In this document: piece after piece, positions 42,701 through 51,598 of the stretch | Layout of the letters: every line of letters starts with the position of its first letter | Position numbering within the stretch: the first letter of the stretch is position 1 | Virus record (IMG/VR): IMGVR_UViG_3300037466_003648 | Coordinates: 96,001 to 160,000 of that record | Length of the DNA stretch: 64,000 nt | Reading direction: 5' to 3' (one strand) | Origin: a virus | Lineage: Duplodnaviria > Caudoviricetes | The notes under the pieces: model-generated | Databases searched by the model: none | Told to the model about the DNA's origin: nothing | The model's input: only the letters and a program-made list of their open reading frames with translations | Position numbers and translations under genes: made by a program

Positions 42701-45700
42701 CGTCAGGAAGTCCGACGACTGGGCGGCCATGCCCGTCGCCACCTGGGCGATCGAGAGTCCTTGCATGACACGACCAAAGCCGTCAAAGGCACCCAACCCC
42801 AGACCCACAGCACCGGCAGCACCCCGACGCAGGTAGCCGGGTGCCGTGGACTTGATCTCGGTCAGGCGAGCTTCCACCGCCGCGCGATGCGCCGCGTAGC
42901 CGCCGGTCGGATCGTTGCGGAAGAGGTAGTCCGCGGGCTTGGTCGTGGCGCCGGGGATGTGCATCCCTGGTGTGTGGGGTGTGAAGGCGGGCTCCAAACC
43001 GGCTCCCGCAACCACGTTCTTGGCGAGTCCCGCGCCTGTCATCCCTGCCTCGCGGAACACCGCGTTCATGTCGATCGGTGCGGTGCCCGCGATCGTACCG
43101 AACTCGTTGAGCATGCGACGCATGATCTGCTCGTACTCGCTCATGAGATCGTCGGTGATCGCGGCCGTCGACGTCGTGGGCAGGCGCAGACCCAGGTCGC
43201 CGATGGCCTTCTGGGTCTCGAACCACGCCGCACTGGGCATGTGACCTGCAGGCATCGAGGTCGGGTGCAGCTTGTCCAACACGTCGAGCACACGTCCCAG
43301 CGACGCACCCATAGCACCCGCCGTGCGGATCTGGGGCAGACCCTCGTAACGCGCGAGCAGCGTGTTGAAGCTTCGCTCAACGAGCTTCGCCTTGTCGCGT
43401 CCGGCCATCACCGTACCGCGAGGATCGGTGCTGTCGGCAAAAGGACGGCCTTGGTAGTCGCCGTAAGCGCGCAACCCATCGCCACCCATCACGGGCAGGT
43501 CGACGCGGTACAGCCCCGCCTTGTTACCGGACAGTGTCCAATGGGGATGGGCGCCCGGACCATGCGGCGCCTCTGGCGAGAGCAGCACGCCGTGCGTCTT
43601 CGCCTGGTGCGTGGGCATGTAGCGCTCGACACGCTCCTGCCAGGTCTCGCGCTCGCCACGCACCCCACGCCAGGCAGCGAACATGGGACGCGCCATGAAG
43701 TGTGCTGCAAACGGTACCGCCGCCAGCGCACCCACCGCCGCGGCGCCCACCAGTGTCGTGGGGTTGGCGAGCCAGTTGACCTGGTACTCGCTCAGCGTGC
43801 GTGCGCCGGTCGGGATGCCCAGCAGGGTGCCTTCCTCCGTGCGAGGTGCTCCCATCAATGCGGCAATGTCGTCTTCGGCCTCCACGTCGCTCGTGCCGGT
43901 GCGATCGGCCTGACGCTGCCCCGCGTACGTCTTGCTGAAGTCCGCCTGGTCCAGCGCTCCGGCCTTGCGCCAGATACCGCCCATCAGGTTGCCCCAGCGG
44001 AACTGCTGGGTCACGCCACCGTCCATACCTCGCACTTGTGCGGTGTAGGTAACTTGGTGCAAGAACGCGGGCTTCGCGCCACCCGGCAAGAACTCGCCGC
44101 GGTAGCGACGGTACTCCGACGGCCACATGCCCAGTGCCGCACGCGACTCGTTGTAGCGCACGGCCATGGCCAGCTTGAGTGCGGGGTCCGCTTCGTACAT
44201 GGGCGAACCCGGCATGAACATGCGACCCATGAATGCGGCGCGCTTGCGGCCGACCCATTCGGTCTCCAACACCTTGCGGGAGCCCCCGATCGCGGCAGCC
44301 AATTGCGAGTCGATCTCACCCGACGACTTGGTGCGCGTGACGTGCCAACCCGTGTTGTAACCGATCGACATGAGTCCGCCGAAGAACATCTTCGTGATCT
44401 TCCAGGTCGCCATCTCCATCGAGTCGGGACCCGTCTGCTTGAACGCAGCGTGCAGACCCAAGTCGCTGTAGGCTTCCGCCGTCATGAAGAACTCTTCGGG
44501 CTTGCCCATGCCGACGGTCTGCTTGGCCGCGCGGTTGAGCATGTCCCAGATACCCAGGTAACCCGGACGGAAGCGGCCCTTGTCACCCGCCGCGCCCGAC
44601 TCGGCCGAGAGCGAGTCCGTGGGACCCGCCGCGAAGCGACGCGCTTCCTGTGGATCGATCGGGGCGGCCACGTTCTTGAGGTCGACGGTCTCGCCGAAGA
44701 GTCGGCTCGCCGAGTTGCCGATCAACGGGATCGCCTTGAGCATCTGGCGGTAGCCGCCCATCTGCTCGCGGTAGCCCTGAGGGTCACCTGTGCTCATCGC
44801 CCGTGCAAAGGCGTAGCCGGTGTAGCCCATGAACAGACCCACGGCGCCACGGGCACCCACACGGTAGCCCCGCGTCAGCTGACCGGTGCGGCGCGTCAAC
44901 TCGTTGACCCAGCCCACGTTGCCGCGGGTGATGCCCTGTGCAGCCACCGTGAAGCCCGCGTTCAGCGCGCGAGGTACCAGGGTCAGGGGCAGCTCGGCCA
45001 GCTCGTTCGCCAGTCCGAAGCCCACCGCCCCCATGCCATAGGCGAACTTGGCGATGCCCCGAGACTTGACCATGCGCTCGGCCATCCCGCGGTTCATGTT
45101 GCCCAGCATACTGAACCCCGAGCCGCGCATCTCGCCCGTACGGATGTAGGCGGCAACGTTGCGTCCCGCATCGAGCAGGCTGCCCCCGTTGCGTGCGAAC
45201 AGCCCCGCCCCGGCGTAGGCACCCAGAGGCGCAAAGCCGTAGGTCGTGGCGAGACCGACACCAATCATTCCAGCACCCAAGCGGACCGAAGCTTCCCAGT
45301 TGGTGTTGGGCTCGTAGCCGAAGCTCATGCCGAAGCGCACGGCATTCGCCGTCCAGCCGTCCTCGCCGCCGGTCGCGTCGATGAGGGCACGCAGGGCGCC
45401 GTCCATCGGGATCTCTTCTTCGTTCTTGTGGTCTCGGTACCAATCCCGGAAGCCCTTGCGACCGCGCAGATCGGAGTAGTAGTACGGGAGCTTGACACTG
45501 CCGTGGATGCCCGACGGCATGCCCAGCATCGCCGTCAGCATGAAGGTGGTCTTGCCACCCTCGACGACGGCGCCGCCCCAGACCGAGCCCAGGGGCAGGT
45601 AACCAATACGCATACCGTACGCCAGCGACAGCGAGACCTGTGCCTTGTCGGCCTGACCCGCCCATTGCTGCGCCATGTCGAGCGTCGCCCGGATGGCACC

Positions 45701-48622
45701 CAGTTCTGCCTGGTCACGAGGACCGGCGCCAGCTGCCACCAGCTTTTCCATGCGCCCCAACGACATGCGCTCCGTCTCGTTGACCATCATCGTGGTCGCC
45801 ATGGTCTTGGTGACGACCTTGTACATGAGGTCTTCACGACTGGCCATGAACGACATGGTCATGTCGCGCTGCATCGCGGTCAGGCGATCGACAAAGTACC
45901 CGGCGATGCCAGACGCCGACCAGTCTCGCAGACCCGCACGCTCCACCTCGCGGTAGGGGTTGTAGCCCCGCAGGTCGCTCGCCACCGAGACCATCTTGGT
46001 CGCGCGCTGGGCAGCCCCCAATGGGTTGAAGGGGTTCATCGACATCCCGGCAACGAACTGGGCACCCCAACTCAAGCCGGTGCTCAGCCCCACCGCGAGC
46101 GCGGGCATGATGTCCAGGATACCCGCCAACCCGCTGCGCGGTGCCAGGTCGGCCCAGCCAAAGTTGGTGACCGTCCCCGCCGCCCCGTGCAGCGTGTTCT
46201 CGCGGTCGATCTGGGTCTCCAGGGTCTCGCGCTTGGCAGACGCCAGCATGCCATAAGCGTGGGTCGCCACCGCGCCGACAAACAGTGCCTGGACGCCACG
46301 ACGGGCCAAGGCACGTCCGGGAGTCAGGCCGGTCTCGCCGTAGAGGTGTCCATAGGAACGCGCGAATTGACCTTGTGCGTGGGCATCACGCCACAGCTCT
46401 TGGGCGCGCGACCAGTCGCCCCGCAGCGCCGCACCCCACCCCGCGCGGCGTGTCGCGCGCATCCCCGCGATGTGAGGGTTTGGTGCCAGGTTGAGCACGT
46501 CGGCGACGAGCCCGCCACCCGGCAGCTCGCGAATGAAGCGATTGGCAACTTGGTTGACCGCCCGAAAACGCTCGTGCAGCGTCATGCGCTTGGCGTCGTG
46601 CTCGATCTCGTAGATCGTGTGAACATGCCCGCTAGGCAGCGTCACCGTCTTGACGTTGATCTTGCCGCCGCGCTGACGACGCAGGTCGAGCGCGAGTTGG
46701 CGGTCGGTGACCTGGACCTTCTTGAGCGACGACTTGTGGTCGTACACGCCCATGACATCGTCGATGAACTTGCGGCCAACGTCCCCCGCTACCGCCCCGT
46801 AGGCTTCGCGCTGGACGCCCCACAAACCCTTGGAGATGCCCGCGTGCACGTCCATCGCGTACTCGCCCGCCTGACCAGCCGCCACCGTCGCGTCACGCAC
46901 GAACGCCGACACCGGGCCATGCACGGGCGCGTTCAGCACCCGATCCCCGATGGTACGACTGATCCGCCCCATCCCGGAAGCCGCCCGCGCACCGATCTCG
47001 GCCATGAACATGGTCGACCGGATCAAGCCGATGTTCATTCCCAGGTTGAAGAGCGTGTCGTCTACCCAACGAGCGCCATCGGCATAGGTGCCCTCCGCCT
47101 TCGCGTCGATCGGACGGTAGTCGGCAGAGCCGTAAACCCGCAGCTGCTCGTCTTGATGGTTCCGACGATCGATCTGGGCGCCCAGGTTGACCAGCAGCGA
47201 GCCCAACGGCCCGCGGTTACCGCGTGCCTCGGTCAGCTCGCTCGCCGTGGCCGCCCAGCCACTGCCGAAGCGCTGGTTGACGTAGTCCGTGATCTGACCG
47301 CGCCACAGCTCGCCGAAGGTGGGCAGCATTGCCTCGCGGTCGCTTCGCGTGATGACGTCCGGCATGGACGACGGCAACTGCCCCTCGTGTCCACCTGCGT
47401 ACATCTCGGTGTAGAGGTGGCGATAGAAGCGCCCGGCCGAACGCATCGGGTTGACGAACGATCCCTGCTCGTGCGTGGCCGCTGCCCACGCGTACGCCTT
47501 GCGCGTGTCGGCATCGAAGATGACCTGGGGGTCCACGACGTACTGCCACGCCTTGCGTTGGCCGCCCAGCGAGATGCCGTGCAGGGGCATCATCGACGGC
47601 ATGAAGGTGCCCAACTTCGTGAACGGCATGCGCAACTGCTCGCCCGCACCGAAGTCGAAGTTGGACTGAACCTGACGAGCGATGTCGGCTGCCACACGGG
47701 CATCGCGGGCGTGCAGCATCACTTCGGTGGAGCGCTCGCCGTTGTAGCCTTCCACCGCGGTCTTGGAGAAGCGCATGGAGCCCACCATGTAGGTGTCACC
47801 CATGGCGATGACGTTGGCGTGCCACGGGCGGTTGCCCCAACCCACATGCAGGTTGGTCAGCGTGCGTCCTGCCGCCGTTAGCTTCTGGAACGCACGACCC
47901 TCGTTATTGATGTCTTGCTGGTTCAGACCACCCAAGCCCACGTAGACCTGATCGCCGCGGCGCGCCTTCTGGATGATCGAGTCCAGGACGTGCGGATCGG
48001 AGAGCGTGGCCGACGCGATGTACAACGCTGCGTGGTTACCCCGATCCCCGATGATGCGGCTCAGCACGTCCAGCGCGGTGCCCGTGTCCTTGGGACTGGC
48101 GACCAGCAGATTCTGGGTCGAGACCGGCGCACGACCAGCAGCGATCGCGCCCAGCACCGTGTCCATCTGGCGGACGAGGTTGGCATCGCGGGTTGCCACG
48201 AAGTAGTTGAACTGGGTCTTGTCCTGGCCGGAGAAGCGGCTGTACTCCGGCAGCGTCGCCATGCCCAAACCCGTCTTGGTCATGTTGGCGGTGCCAACGA
48301 ACATCACACGATCGCCGGTCGGGCTCGTGAACTCGCCGACCTTGGCGTGCAGACGCGAGCCGAAGGTCTTGCGATCGGCTTCGATCAGGTTCGTGTGACC
48401 CTTCAGGGTCTCGTAGGCTTGGGGGTTGGACCACTTCGCGGTGGTGCGCTCCGAACCCACGATGCGACCGCCGCCGGACAGAACCGAACGCGTGAGCCGG
48501 TTGTCCTCCACCTCGTAAGTGGTCATGACCGAACGCGACGACATACCGAGCAGGCTCAGTCGAGCCTGCTCGTCATCCCGGCCAAACCAGGTAGGCGAGG
48601 TGCGATCGTCGAAGGTGGGCAT
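36704..48622 (-). CDS. giant virion protein (tape-measure or ejection-like) with PLD-like, GH73 and NlpC/P60-like domains
   Basis: 3972 aa; HAK...GTANMT and HAN...GSMRFS; AQAAWESGWG...NLFGIKG...YATD; ECFQY...GDVLY...HWFTYIGDG; several hydrophobic Gly/Ala segments. Confidence 0.8.
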   Translation of the reverse strand: MPTFDDRTSPTWFGRDDEQARLSLLGMSSRSVMTTYEVEDNRLTRSVLSGGGRIVGSERTTAKWSNPQAYETLKGHTNLIEADRKTFGSRLHAKVGEFTSPTGDRVMFVGTANMTKTGLGMATLPEYSRFSGQDKTQFNYFVATRDANLVRQMDTVLGAIAAGRAPVSTQNLLVASPKDTGTALDVLSRIIGDRGNHAALYIASATLSDPHVLDSIIQKARRGDQVYVGLGGLNQQDINNEGRAFQKLTAAGRTLTNLHVGWGNRPWHANVIAMGDTYMVGSMRFSKTAVEGYNGERSTEVMLHARDARVAADIARQVQSNFDFGAGEQLRMPFTKLGTFMPSMMPLHGISLGGQRKAWQYVVDPQVIFDADTRKAYAWAAATHEQGSFVNPMRSAGRFYRHLYTEMYAGGHEGQLPSSMPDVITRSDREAMLPTFGELWRGQITDYVNQRFGSGWAATASELTEARGNRGPLGSLLVNLGAQIDRRNHQDEQLRVYGSADYRPIDAKAEGTYADGARWVDDTLFNLGMNIGLIRSTMFMAEIGARAASGMGRISRTIGDRVLNAPVHGPVSAFVRDATVAAGQAGEYAMDVHAGISKGLWGVQREAYGAVAGDVGRKFIDDVMGVYDHKSSLKKVQVTDRQLALDLRRQRGGKINVKTVTLPSGHVHTIYEIEHDAKRMTLHERFRAVNQVANRFIRELPGGGLVADVLNLAPNPHIAGMRATRRAGWGAALRGDWSRAQELWRDAHAQGQFARSYGHLYGETGLTPGRALARRGVQALFVGAVATHAYGMLASAKRETLETQIDRENTLHGAAGTVTNFGWADLAPRSGLAGILDIMPALAVGLSTGLSWGAQFVAGMSMNPFNPLGAAQRATKMVSVASDLRGYNPYREVERAGLRDWSASGIAGYFVDRLTAMQRDMTMSFMASREDLMYKVVTKTMATTMMVNETERMSLGRMEKLVAAGAGPRDQAELGAIRATLDMAQQWAGQADKAQVSLSLAYGMRIGYLPLGSVWGGAVVEGGKTTFMLTAMLGMPSGIHGSVKLPYYYSDLRGRKGFRDWYRDHKNEEEIPMDGALRALIDATGGEDGWTANAVRFGMSFGYEPNTNWEASVRLGAGMIGVGLATTYGFAPLGAYAGAGLFARNGGSLLDAGRNVAAYIRTGEMRGSGFSMLGNMNRGMAERMVKSRGIAKFAYGMGAVGFGLANELAELPLTLVPRALNAGFTVAAQGITRGNVGWVNELTRRTGQLTRGYRVGARGAVGLFMGYTGYAFARAMSTGDPQGYREQMGGYRQMLKAIPLIGNSASRLFGETVDLKNVAAPIDPQEARRFAAGPTDSLSAESGAAGDKGRFRPGYLGIWDMLNRAAKQTVGMGKPEEFFMTAEAYSDLGLHAAFKQTGPDSMEMATWKITKMFFGGLMSIGYNTGWHVTRTKSSGEIDSQLAAAIGGSRKVLETEWVGRKRAAFMGRMFMPGSPMYEADPALKLAMAVRYNESRAALGMWPSEYRRYRGEFLPGGAKPAFLHQVTYTAQVRGMDGGVTQQFRWGNLMGGIWRKAGALDQADFSKTYAGQRQADRTGTSDVEAEDDIAALMGAPRTEEGTLLGIPTGARTLSEYQVNWLANPTTLVGAAAVGALAAVPFAAHFMARPMFAAWRGVRGERETWQERVERYMPTHQAKTHGVLLSPEAPHGPGAHPHWTLSGNKAGLYRVDLPVMGGDGLRAYGDYQGRPFADSTDPRGTVMAGRDKAKLVERSFNTLLARYEGLPQIRTAGAMGASLGRVLDVLDKLHPTSMPAGHMPSAAWFETQKAIGDLGLRLPTTSTAAITDDLMSEYEQIMRRMLNEFGTIAGTAPIDMNAVFREAGMTGAGLAKNVVAGAGLEPAFTPHTPGMHIPGATTKPADYLFRNDPTGGYAAHRAAVEARLTEIKSTAPGYLRRGAAGAVGLGLGAFDGFGRVMQGLSIAQVATGMAAQSSDFLTTEQKEKFAEAGGASLTAELFLGGSAVAGAAAVGYFGLVGLPALLVGGGLAALGFGGMMAQHHLSESALSKRPEERNWAERASTSLGTTMTSVVSASGRAAASIPGSSMVGNAISRAAIGLQANVTGSLYGLARTLTPKGQTQPTGFASFLIGTANFIGPMLAPGNLFEAAKANQEGWSFSLSPLWAQASPIFWGRNSATPEGGGTGWMMDAGALAFAQQERLRLSGAMGHETVLDMVGRDALGLMEGGNDMPAHDYSLKSLYMQRGRGTGGLGNAQAARAFRYRSASGPDSIIQGELLRRGLIYETGILGGVWHRTGHAYGGFVGGDATIGTTGRGRPQKPFTGEVIKPASGTDMRNAVLLANAPRTHLGQGAAGFVASLRAGAEMTEKLYGVPAEVTLAQAAWESGWGASKIGDFNLFGIKGRGSRGSLHLKTWEDVGGRRVTTYADFANYGSLEEAMVAHGKLFVQNPVYAQALAQYKKDHNAVAFGYNITGIYATDRTYGSHIEQTIREIRTLAPSSVAQDKPLLTKEQQSTLERVLPEYMKGGYKGSLDKFMVERAGLSPAIAQTMAGRVRANLYNESRWLPQDDPGYWSKKLNASLGRIATPQQKADAILEAAGIQPPSAAPSREQMIAHLNGPFVATAHECFQYSRHLIMRMGGKDIRTDVPADLAHRGVPISQLSTLVATGGVHVGDVLYATFVPGSDPMSMNPSSGRHWFTYIGDGKFADNSNKTVQTAAEMNSFIPGRKIDAIFHPFGTAAPSPQFKALQEAIAGSVDSKFGGDRIADLLQERMGYDRQRAEQVQTKYRQMLGERGFFTGTTHDSAGRPIAYGVRDMSKNPTQGNADQTTLQYLATLAAGTTLIFGTIAAAQLARKGLSMVGRQLATVMGWRKPEAAPQTVAAHVSTQQGMIGVDPVRTELVALREDMQARAAGLRPAAPAHATPFHGDARLRFDAPLERTGAHGLAMPRATSVSQVLGDSNLRIVMDGMREGGIGFSQGRFRSPDRGDHPSFTPEYNRVNAAPRRDLHPRLLGRGVMNTDHIVAFQHKGVWSLPWGHSKNDVLGALFNGTHAPHTDPVRKQLTVLRQQMETGGVGRANAVATPDVIELPGRVLPHRGPDGRFRPAPAGQRGGMLPILDRLVNDHGYRWTTGRERFGFMPVEGESYPTHPDLVEMTYGVVPRRPRFRPDPIMQPGRYRDPSTGRFAVRPTPTMHLIEDAMAMAESRVPGSLSTRTVSLLARNGATYGPGLSMLHPDQPAPATRQPIGYELLRGRGLTMGGGLSVAAAPLEESASAARTYSRGMGLRSLQTRTAPLLLGPGVTAEPITRGRLNGAVTPEVIALGAPANPLVLGMGTPATSQIRGRLNGAHTPDLIALGPVNADPLLLGPGTVAAPRGRLNTAVTPGVIPLGSTPQLLLGSGATAAVRGRPNTAVAPAVIPLGPVPGPGRAPNTFAGLRGTLALSAAFAALDINTLSDSTSSPEERSRATWNLGMVTTSTALHALGQLATATGHAAHWMGQKLSRGMRVLGRVATWAASKAFGRVSMGLAVGWDALQTVFGTSQTQRREAGLNVVSGATGMYTGSLAFGAAAAGTAGLIAAGVITAPAWAPVAAGLGAAVVAGGATVWGINKINTATKGLLTNTVGTVASAPGEVLRWIGRASVPSFVRYQGQFWAGLGRHDNSYMGAMTESSFTSHELNRYRFALEESAKRKTHSIEYADYVSTSQRGIDVEAEKLAIGRALVRPAVIQGVPYYRVMDTYKFQRMPGNWQTGLARAVFEAFPQASGGLSPYARDEDKYNQVTTHLSDYAKAAWANKKKGLEVLMGAAGSWHYERTFQTDLLVPQSPMRQADRDMVEFWRRNHPSPDLVVQNLQMRERVRKDREGENTHPPLVLAPDILEQMSPLPKPPSLAPKNAKKKMVVTLQTNTPQGRQGSNDSANKAQPKPRPTVTVKGGRAQIKGHTPSPHAARADVAPPTPTRSGVLDRASNVVYDALVHTGWF
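38360..38775 (-). repeat. four degenerate ~31-35-aa tandem repeats in the giant protein
   Basis: Repeated unit PLLLGPG...RGRLN.A.TP..I.LG; DNA repeat GTTGAGACGACCCCGCG. Confidence 0.8.
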
Positions 48623-48625
48623 GCG

Positions 48626-50605
48626 TTACCAGTCGGCTTGGGTCACCGACGTCTTCCGCCCCATGGTCCGAATCGTCGCCCCTGCATTTCTGGGCGCGTT
48701 GTTGATCAACCGTTGATTGCTGCGTGCGGCCATGGCACGACCCTCATCGAAGATGTCGGAGATGACGCCCGCCGCACGCACCTTGCCGACCGTGCGCATC
48801 TTGTCCGAACCCACTTCGAAGCTGCGGTACTTGCGCTCGTCCTGGGCGATCTTGTAGATGACGCAGGCCAGGCAGTCGGACAAGTCCTTCGAGCCGCGGG
48901 GCTTCGGGTGATCGATGCGACGACCGTTCATCAGCTTCAGCTCGATCAACTCCTTGTGCAGCTGGGCAGCGGCGGGCGACACGCTCGGGTCCGGTAGCTG
49001 GATGCGCTCGGCGTAGAGCCAGTCGCGCAAGGTCAGGTAAATGTCGCGCTGGACCTGCTGACTAAAGCTCGACTTCCACTCGCGGGTATTCACGCCCTTC
49101 GAGTACAGGCGTTGGATGATCATGGCACTCTGCCAGTGGTCGAAGGTCATGTCCCGCAGGGTGATGTAGGGAGCCAGCTCCAGGATGATCTCTTCCACGT
49201 TCATGAAGTCCGTGGGGTAGATGTTCTTGCGGCCCTTGTCGAGCGGCTGCCACTTCAGGATGGTGTGCACGTCCGCGTGCACCAACCCCGTGGCTGCGTC
49301 GTAGAAAGGCGAGGCGGCCACGAAACCGAAGCTGTCCTTCTTCAGACCGGGGTCTCCGTGCGCGTAGCTTTGGAAGCCGATCGGAACGCTGATCGCATCG
49401 CGGTCGACGTGGATCTTAATGCCTGCCTTGATCTGCACGCCATCGGGTCCGACCACCTGCGTCTCGATGGCCTCGTAGCCGACCGGCAGACTCATGCGCG
49501 TCGTGACCTTCTGGACCAGCGGCTTCTGGAAGTAGGACTCCTCCGAACCGGGGCGGACGCCTGCGTAGTCGCGCTGCGCCTCGATGCCGCGTGCAGCGAA
49601 CTCTTTGCGCATGAAGGGGTGCTCTTCGCCCAGCTTCGCGAACTCCGGGTTGATGTCCCAGGTGCAGAGGCGGAACGCCAGGATGTTGGCGCCCTCCTCG
49701 GTCTCTGCCATCTCGTACATCGTGTCCGTGATGTCGCCTTCCGCCCAGGCGGAGGAGATGACGATGCGCTTGGAGCCGAACTTCTGGAGGGTGGTGACAC
49801 CCTTGCCGACGTTGGCGTACATCTCCGCGCCCGACGCACCGCCTTGGGCTTCGACACCAAAGCGGTTGCCCTCGTCCATCGCGAAGATCATCAGGGTACG
49901 GCCGACCAGACCCTCGGAACGGCTGTGACCGGCCCAGAGCAGGAGGTTCTTGCTTTCGCAGTAGATCTCCAGCGCGTTGACCTGGATGACGCCGGTGGCC
50001 ATGAGACCCTGGAAGTAGGGGCTGTGCTCGATACGACCCTTGACGGCGGCGAACAGCGTGTCCTTGGACTGCTTCTCGGAGGTTGCCAACACGAGGAAGG
50101 CAATCAGGGATCCCGCCATCAAACCGAACGACGCGGCAGGGTCCTTGAGCTGCAGGAGCTTGTAGAACTCGAAGGTCACCATGATGGAGGTCAGCGAGGT
50201 CTTGGAGCCGCGCATCCCGCACTCCAAACACAGCTCTTGGTACTCCTGGCCTTCGACCCAGGTGGTCTTGTTGTCCAGTGACCACTGCTGGAGGATCTCG
50301 CGCTCGTCCCACGGATCGTCCGGGTGCATGTCGTAACGGGAGCACCAGCTGAAGATCTCTTCCTCGCGCTCGGCGCTCGTCCGGCCCGTGAGGTTGATGC
50401 ACAGGTCGCGCCAGAGCCCCTTCTCCAGCGGCAGGTTGTACAGCGCCTTGAGGATGGCACGCTGGGTCGGCCACAGACGGACGCCCAGGATCTCTGTAGC
50501 GAACTGGACAACGTCCATCGTTGTCTGGTCCTGCTGCATACCTTCTGCCACGATCTCGTGGATGAAGCTCTGTGCCTTGAGCAGTGGCTTGTTGATCTTA
50601 CTCAT
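48626..50605 (-). CDS. terL: terminase large subunit
   Basis: LWPTQRAIL, GMRGSKT (Walker A), AMDEG (Walker B), HGDPGLKKDSFG and KDLSD nuclease motifs. Confidence 0.88.
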   Translation of the reverse strand: MSKINKPLLKAQSFIHEIVAEGMQQDQTTMDVVQFATEILGVRLWPTQRAILKALYNLPLEKGLWRDLCINLTGRTSAEREEEIFSWCSRYDMHPDDPWDEREILQQWSLDNKTTWVEGQEYQELCLECGMRGSKTSLTSIMVTFEFYKLLQLKDPAASFGLMAGSLIAFLVLATSEKQSKDTLFAAVKGRIEHSPYFQGLMATGVIQVNALEIYCESKNLLLWAGHSRSEGLVGRTLMIFAMDEGNRFGVEAQGGASGAEMYANVGKGVTTLQKFGSKRIVISSAWAEGDITDTMYEMAETEEGANILAFRLCTWDINPEFAKLGEEHPFMRKEFAARGIEAQRDYAGVRPGSEESYFQKPLVQKVTTRMSLPVGYEAIETQVVGPDGVQIKAGIKIHVDRDAISVPIGFQSYAHGDPGLKKDSFGFVAASPFYDAATGLVHADVHTILKWQPLDKGRKNIYPTDFMNVEEIILELAPYITLRDMTFDHWQSAMIIQRLYSKGVNTREWKSSFSQQVQRDIYLTLRDWLYAERIQLPDPSVSPAAAQLHKELIELKLMNGRRIDHPKPRGSKDLSDCLACVIYKIAQDERKYRSFEVGSDKMRTVGKVRAAGVISDIFDEGRAMAARSNQRLINNAPRNAGATIRTMGRKTSVTQADW

Positions 50606-50813
50606 GGGACTTGCCCTCCGGGGACGCCTCGGGCAGCGCGTAGCTCATGATGGCGTCGAGGGGAACCTTGATCCATACGCTCTCCGCATCGGAAGCCATC
50701 ACCGTCACAGGTACCAGCTCCTGAACGAAGCGCAGCCCCACCGCGTTCGGCTCGTCTTGCACCACCTTGAACAGGCGGCGCATGAGGTCGAACGCGAGGG
50801 GAATGCGAGCCAT
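50598..50813 (-). CDS. small hypothetical protein
   Basis: 71 aa; overlaps the terL start. Confidence 0.55.
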   Translation of the reverse strand: MARIPLAFDLMRRLFKVVQDEPNAVGLRFVQELVPVTVMASDAESVWIKVPLDAIMSYALPEASPEGKSHE

Positions 50814-50817
50814 GGTC

Positions 50818-51585
50818 TTAGCCCTTGATGATGTCGAGCATCATGAACTTCTCGTGACCGGCCTTGAGCGCGTCGTAGATGCGCAGCAGCTCGGTCATGA
50901 TGCCGTTCATGTTCCCGGTACCCACATCCACACGGAATCGGCCGTAGCCGTCCTGCTGGGCGTAGCTGGCGTGGTCGCTAACGACCTTCATCTGGATCAT
51001 CTTGCCGGTCTTCCAGATGCTGTTGGCATTCGGCTGGTCGCAAGCCATCTGGTCGATCGTCTCCGTCGCGCGGGGGTCGATTCGGTGCCAGGCGCAGTAC
51101 TCCGCGGCCAGGCGGGCACCCACCATAAGCTGCGCCTTGGTGACCGGCTGGCCGGAGGCCATTGCCATGAACGAGATGCCGATCGAGCCCGTGTTGCGCG
51201 CCCAGAGGTGCTTGCCCTTCTGGTTGCCCTTGAGGAAGCGCACGGCGTACGCCTGACCGGTCTTCGCGTCGTACACCACGCCGAACTGGTAACCGTCCCA
51301 GCACTGGTTGTAGTTGCCCGCGCTCCAGTGGAAAATGATGCGCTTGGACGTACCGGGATCGCCGTCCTTCTGGTCGTTCTCGTAGCAGAGCTGCAGCGTG
51401 AGCGTGTTGCTCAACTTCACGGACGTGTGCCGTGCCGCGTAGTGACCGGTCAGGTCGTAGGCGATCGGTTGGGTGGTCGTCGGATGCACGACCGGCGCGA
51501 GCAACAGACCGGGTGCCTCGCACTCGGTCACCTCGTACCAGGTCGGGTGCTCCAGCTTCAGTTGGGTGAGGTTCTTGTCAGCCAC
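50818..51585 (-). CDS. N-acetylmuramoyl-L-alanine amidase-like endolysin
   Basis: IIFHWSAG, YQFGV, HLWARNTGSIGISF, SDH zinc-amidase pattern. Confidence 0.8.
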   Translation of the reverse strand: MADKNLTQLKLEHPTWYEVTECEAPGLLLAPVVHPTTTQPIAYDLTGHYAARHTSVKLSNTLTLQLCYENDQKDGDPGTSKRIIFHWSAGNYNQCWDGYQFGVVYDAKTGQAYAVRFLKGNQKGKHLWARNTGSIGISFMAMASGQPVTKAQLMVGARLAAEYCAWHRIDPRATETIDQMACDQPNANSIWKTGKMIQMKVVSDHASYAQQDGYGRFRVDVGTGNMNGIMTELLRIYDALKAGHEKFMMLDIIKG

Positions 51586-51598
51586 GGGGTCCTGCTTT

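Noticed and set aside
36704-48622. Giant ORF as a virion RNA polymerase
   Set aside because: No DxDGD or T7-type polymerase motifs seen; the recognisable domains are envelope hydrolases.
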